Assembly: GCA_965649215.1 (NCBI GenBank)
Contig: CBFGJZ010000031.1
Coordinates: forward strand, 1 to 17,559
Reading direction: 5' to 3'
DNA length: 17,559 nt
From: a candidate division WOR-3 bacterium
GTDB lineage: Bacteria; Hydrothermota; Tepidihabitantia; Tepidihabitantales; CAIPLT01
Shown in pieces: positions 16,747 to 17,559 of this stretch. Below the pieces are notes generated by a model. It had not been told where the DNA came from and made no database searches. It saw nothing but the letters and a program-made list of their open reading frames with translations. The number at the start of each line of letters is the position of its first letter. The stretch's first letter is position 1. Position numbers and translations under genes: made by a program.

Positions 16747-17234
16747 ATCCCTTTTTCATCAGGGTTTTTCAAAGTCGAAAGTGCAAATGCGAAATGCGAA
16801 ACCAAACTTGCATTATTTGGGATATTTTGATTTCACGGTTTTTGCACTTGATATAAAAATAGCAAGCAGTTGATGTGCCTCATCCATCAAATCCTTCAAA
16901 CGAGGTGTTGGCACAAGACTGGATTCAGCAATAAGTTCAAGCCAATAAATTGTCTCATCGGCTTCTTGTTCACAAATACCAATTTTAGCAATAAAGTCCG
17001 CTTTTGACCTCGCTCTTTTTGCTTCACGATAATTTGCACCGATTGAAGTACCTGATTTCATTATCTGATAGCCGATAACATTAGCTTCAGGTGTTTTGGG
17101 CAAAGATGCAACTAATTTTATAATTCTTAAGGCAAACTGTTTTGTCCGTTCCGCTAAATCTATATGATTCATTTCACCTCCTATTATTTCATTTATCATG
17201 TCGCGATTCACAATTCGCGATTCGCGTTTGTTTA
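16747..17234. mobile_element. 'Filled' repeat unit: left arm + four-helix-bundle gene + right arm (putative cassette; mobility is inferred)
   Basis: 16747-16806 matches the first 60 bp of the 99-bp unit with one mismatch. 17201-17234 has the same 4 heptamers + 6 nt geometry as the unit's right arm. Confidence 0.55.
16813..17172 (-). CDS. Four-helix bundle protein (23S rRNA intervening-sequence protein / bAvd-like fold), 119 aa
   Basis: DLAERTKQFALRIIKL, QIMKSGTSIGANYREA, SKADFIAKIGICEQEADETIYWLELI. SD AGGAGGTG just before ATG 17172; the ORF-track start at 17247 lies within the repeat. Confidence 0.93.
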   Translation of the reverse strand: MNHIDLAERTKQFALRIIKLVASLPKTPEANVIGYQIMKSGTSIGANYREAKRARSKADFIAKIGICEQEADETIYWLELIAESSLVPTPRLKDLMDEAHQLLAIFISSAKTVKSKYPK

Positions 17235-17559
17235 ATCCCTTTTTCATCAGGGTTTTTCAAAGTCGAAAGTGCAAATGCGAAATGCGGAACCAAAGACTTT
17301 CGCGTTCCGCGTTTAGCATTTCGCGTTTACTACATCCCTTTTTCATCAGGGTTTTTCAAAGTCGAAAGTGCAAATGCGAAATGCGGAACCAAAGACTTTC
17401 GCGTTCCGCGTTTAGCATTTCGCGTTTACTACATCCCTTTTTCATCAGGGTTTTTCAAAGTCGAAAGTGCAAATGCGAAATGCGGAACCAAAGACTTTCG
17501 CGTTCCGCGTTTAGCATTTCGCGTTTACTACATCCCTTTTTCATCAGGGTTTTTCAAAG
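17235..17559. repeat. Tandem array of identical 99-bp palindromic units (3 full copies plus a partial copy, running off the window)
   Basis: Units start at 17235, 17334, 17433 and 17532: ATCCCTTTTTCATCAGGGTTTTTCAAAGTCGAAAGTGCAAATGCGAAATGCGGAACCAAAGACTTTCGCGTTCCGCGTTTAGCATTTCGCGTTTACTAC. Confidence 0.97.

Noticed and set aside
16813-17172. Diversity-generating retroelement or true 23S rRNA IVS
   Set aside because: No reverse transcriptase, no template/variable repeat pair with adenine-specific differences, and no rRNA sequence around the gene.
17173-17247. 25-aa N-terminal extension of the four-helix-bundle ORF given in the track
   Set aside because: It is largely translated repeat linker and arm; a strong SD supports ATG 17172.
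17235-17559. CRISPR array
   Set aside because: Units are identical along their full 99 bp with no unique spacers, and no cas genes are present.
17235-17559. Tandem hammerhead ribozymes (minus strand has CTGATGA followed by GAAA in each unit)
   Set aside because: I could not build stem II between CUGAUGA and either GAAA, nor a compatible stem I; CTGATGA instead lies in the CCCT/AGGG hairpin. An Infernal search with hammerhead models would settle it.
16747-17559. Integron attC cassette array
   Set aside because: No clear RYYYAAC...GTTRRRY boundaries at the unit ends and no integron integrase in the window.
17198-17559. Protein coding by the 99-bp repeat (open plus-strand frames; 29-aa minus-strand mini-ORF MKKGCSKREML... 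in each unit)
   Set aside because: No SD; open frames propagate trivially in a repeat whose length is a multiple of 3, and the palindromic heptamer structure explains the sequence better.

Overview
Low-GC bacterial chromosomal window. Left (1-4468, minus strand): an edge-truncated YhfC/PrsW-like membrane protease missing from the ORF track, a small membrane protein, a SAM methyltransferase, a multi-Fe-S protein, and an orphan AAA+ ATPase with its own terminator. An AT-rich divergent intergenic region (4469-5216) carries operator-like palindromes. Centre (5217-14948, plus strand): housekeeping run of mutM, iaaA-like, DJ-1/PfpI lipoprotein, dtd, yicC, gmk, rpoZ, coaBC, dnaB, radA and a PIN/TRAM protein. 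Right (about 15000-17559): a repeat-dense accessory zone with (i) nadA bracketed by REP/REPIN-like palindromic elements, (ii) a gap-free degenerate 12-bp-period palindromic array, and (iii) an array of 99-bp units built from inverted heptamer arms. One of these units is 'filled' with a four-helix-bundle (23S rRNA IVP/bAvd-like) gene placed between the arms, while its neighbours are 'empty'. This filled/empty cassette array is the best candidate for an undescribed system. All calls come from reading motifs by eye; no database searches were run.
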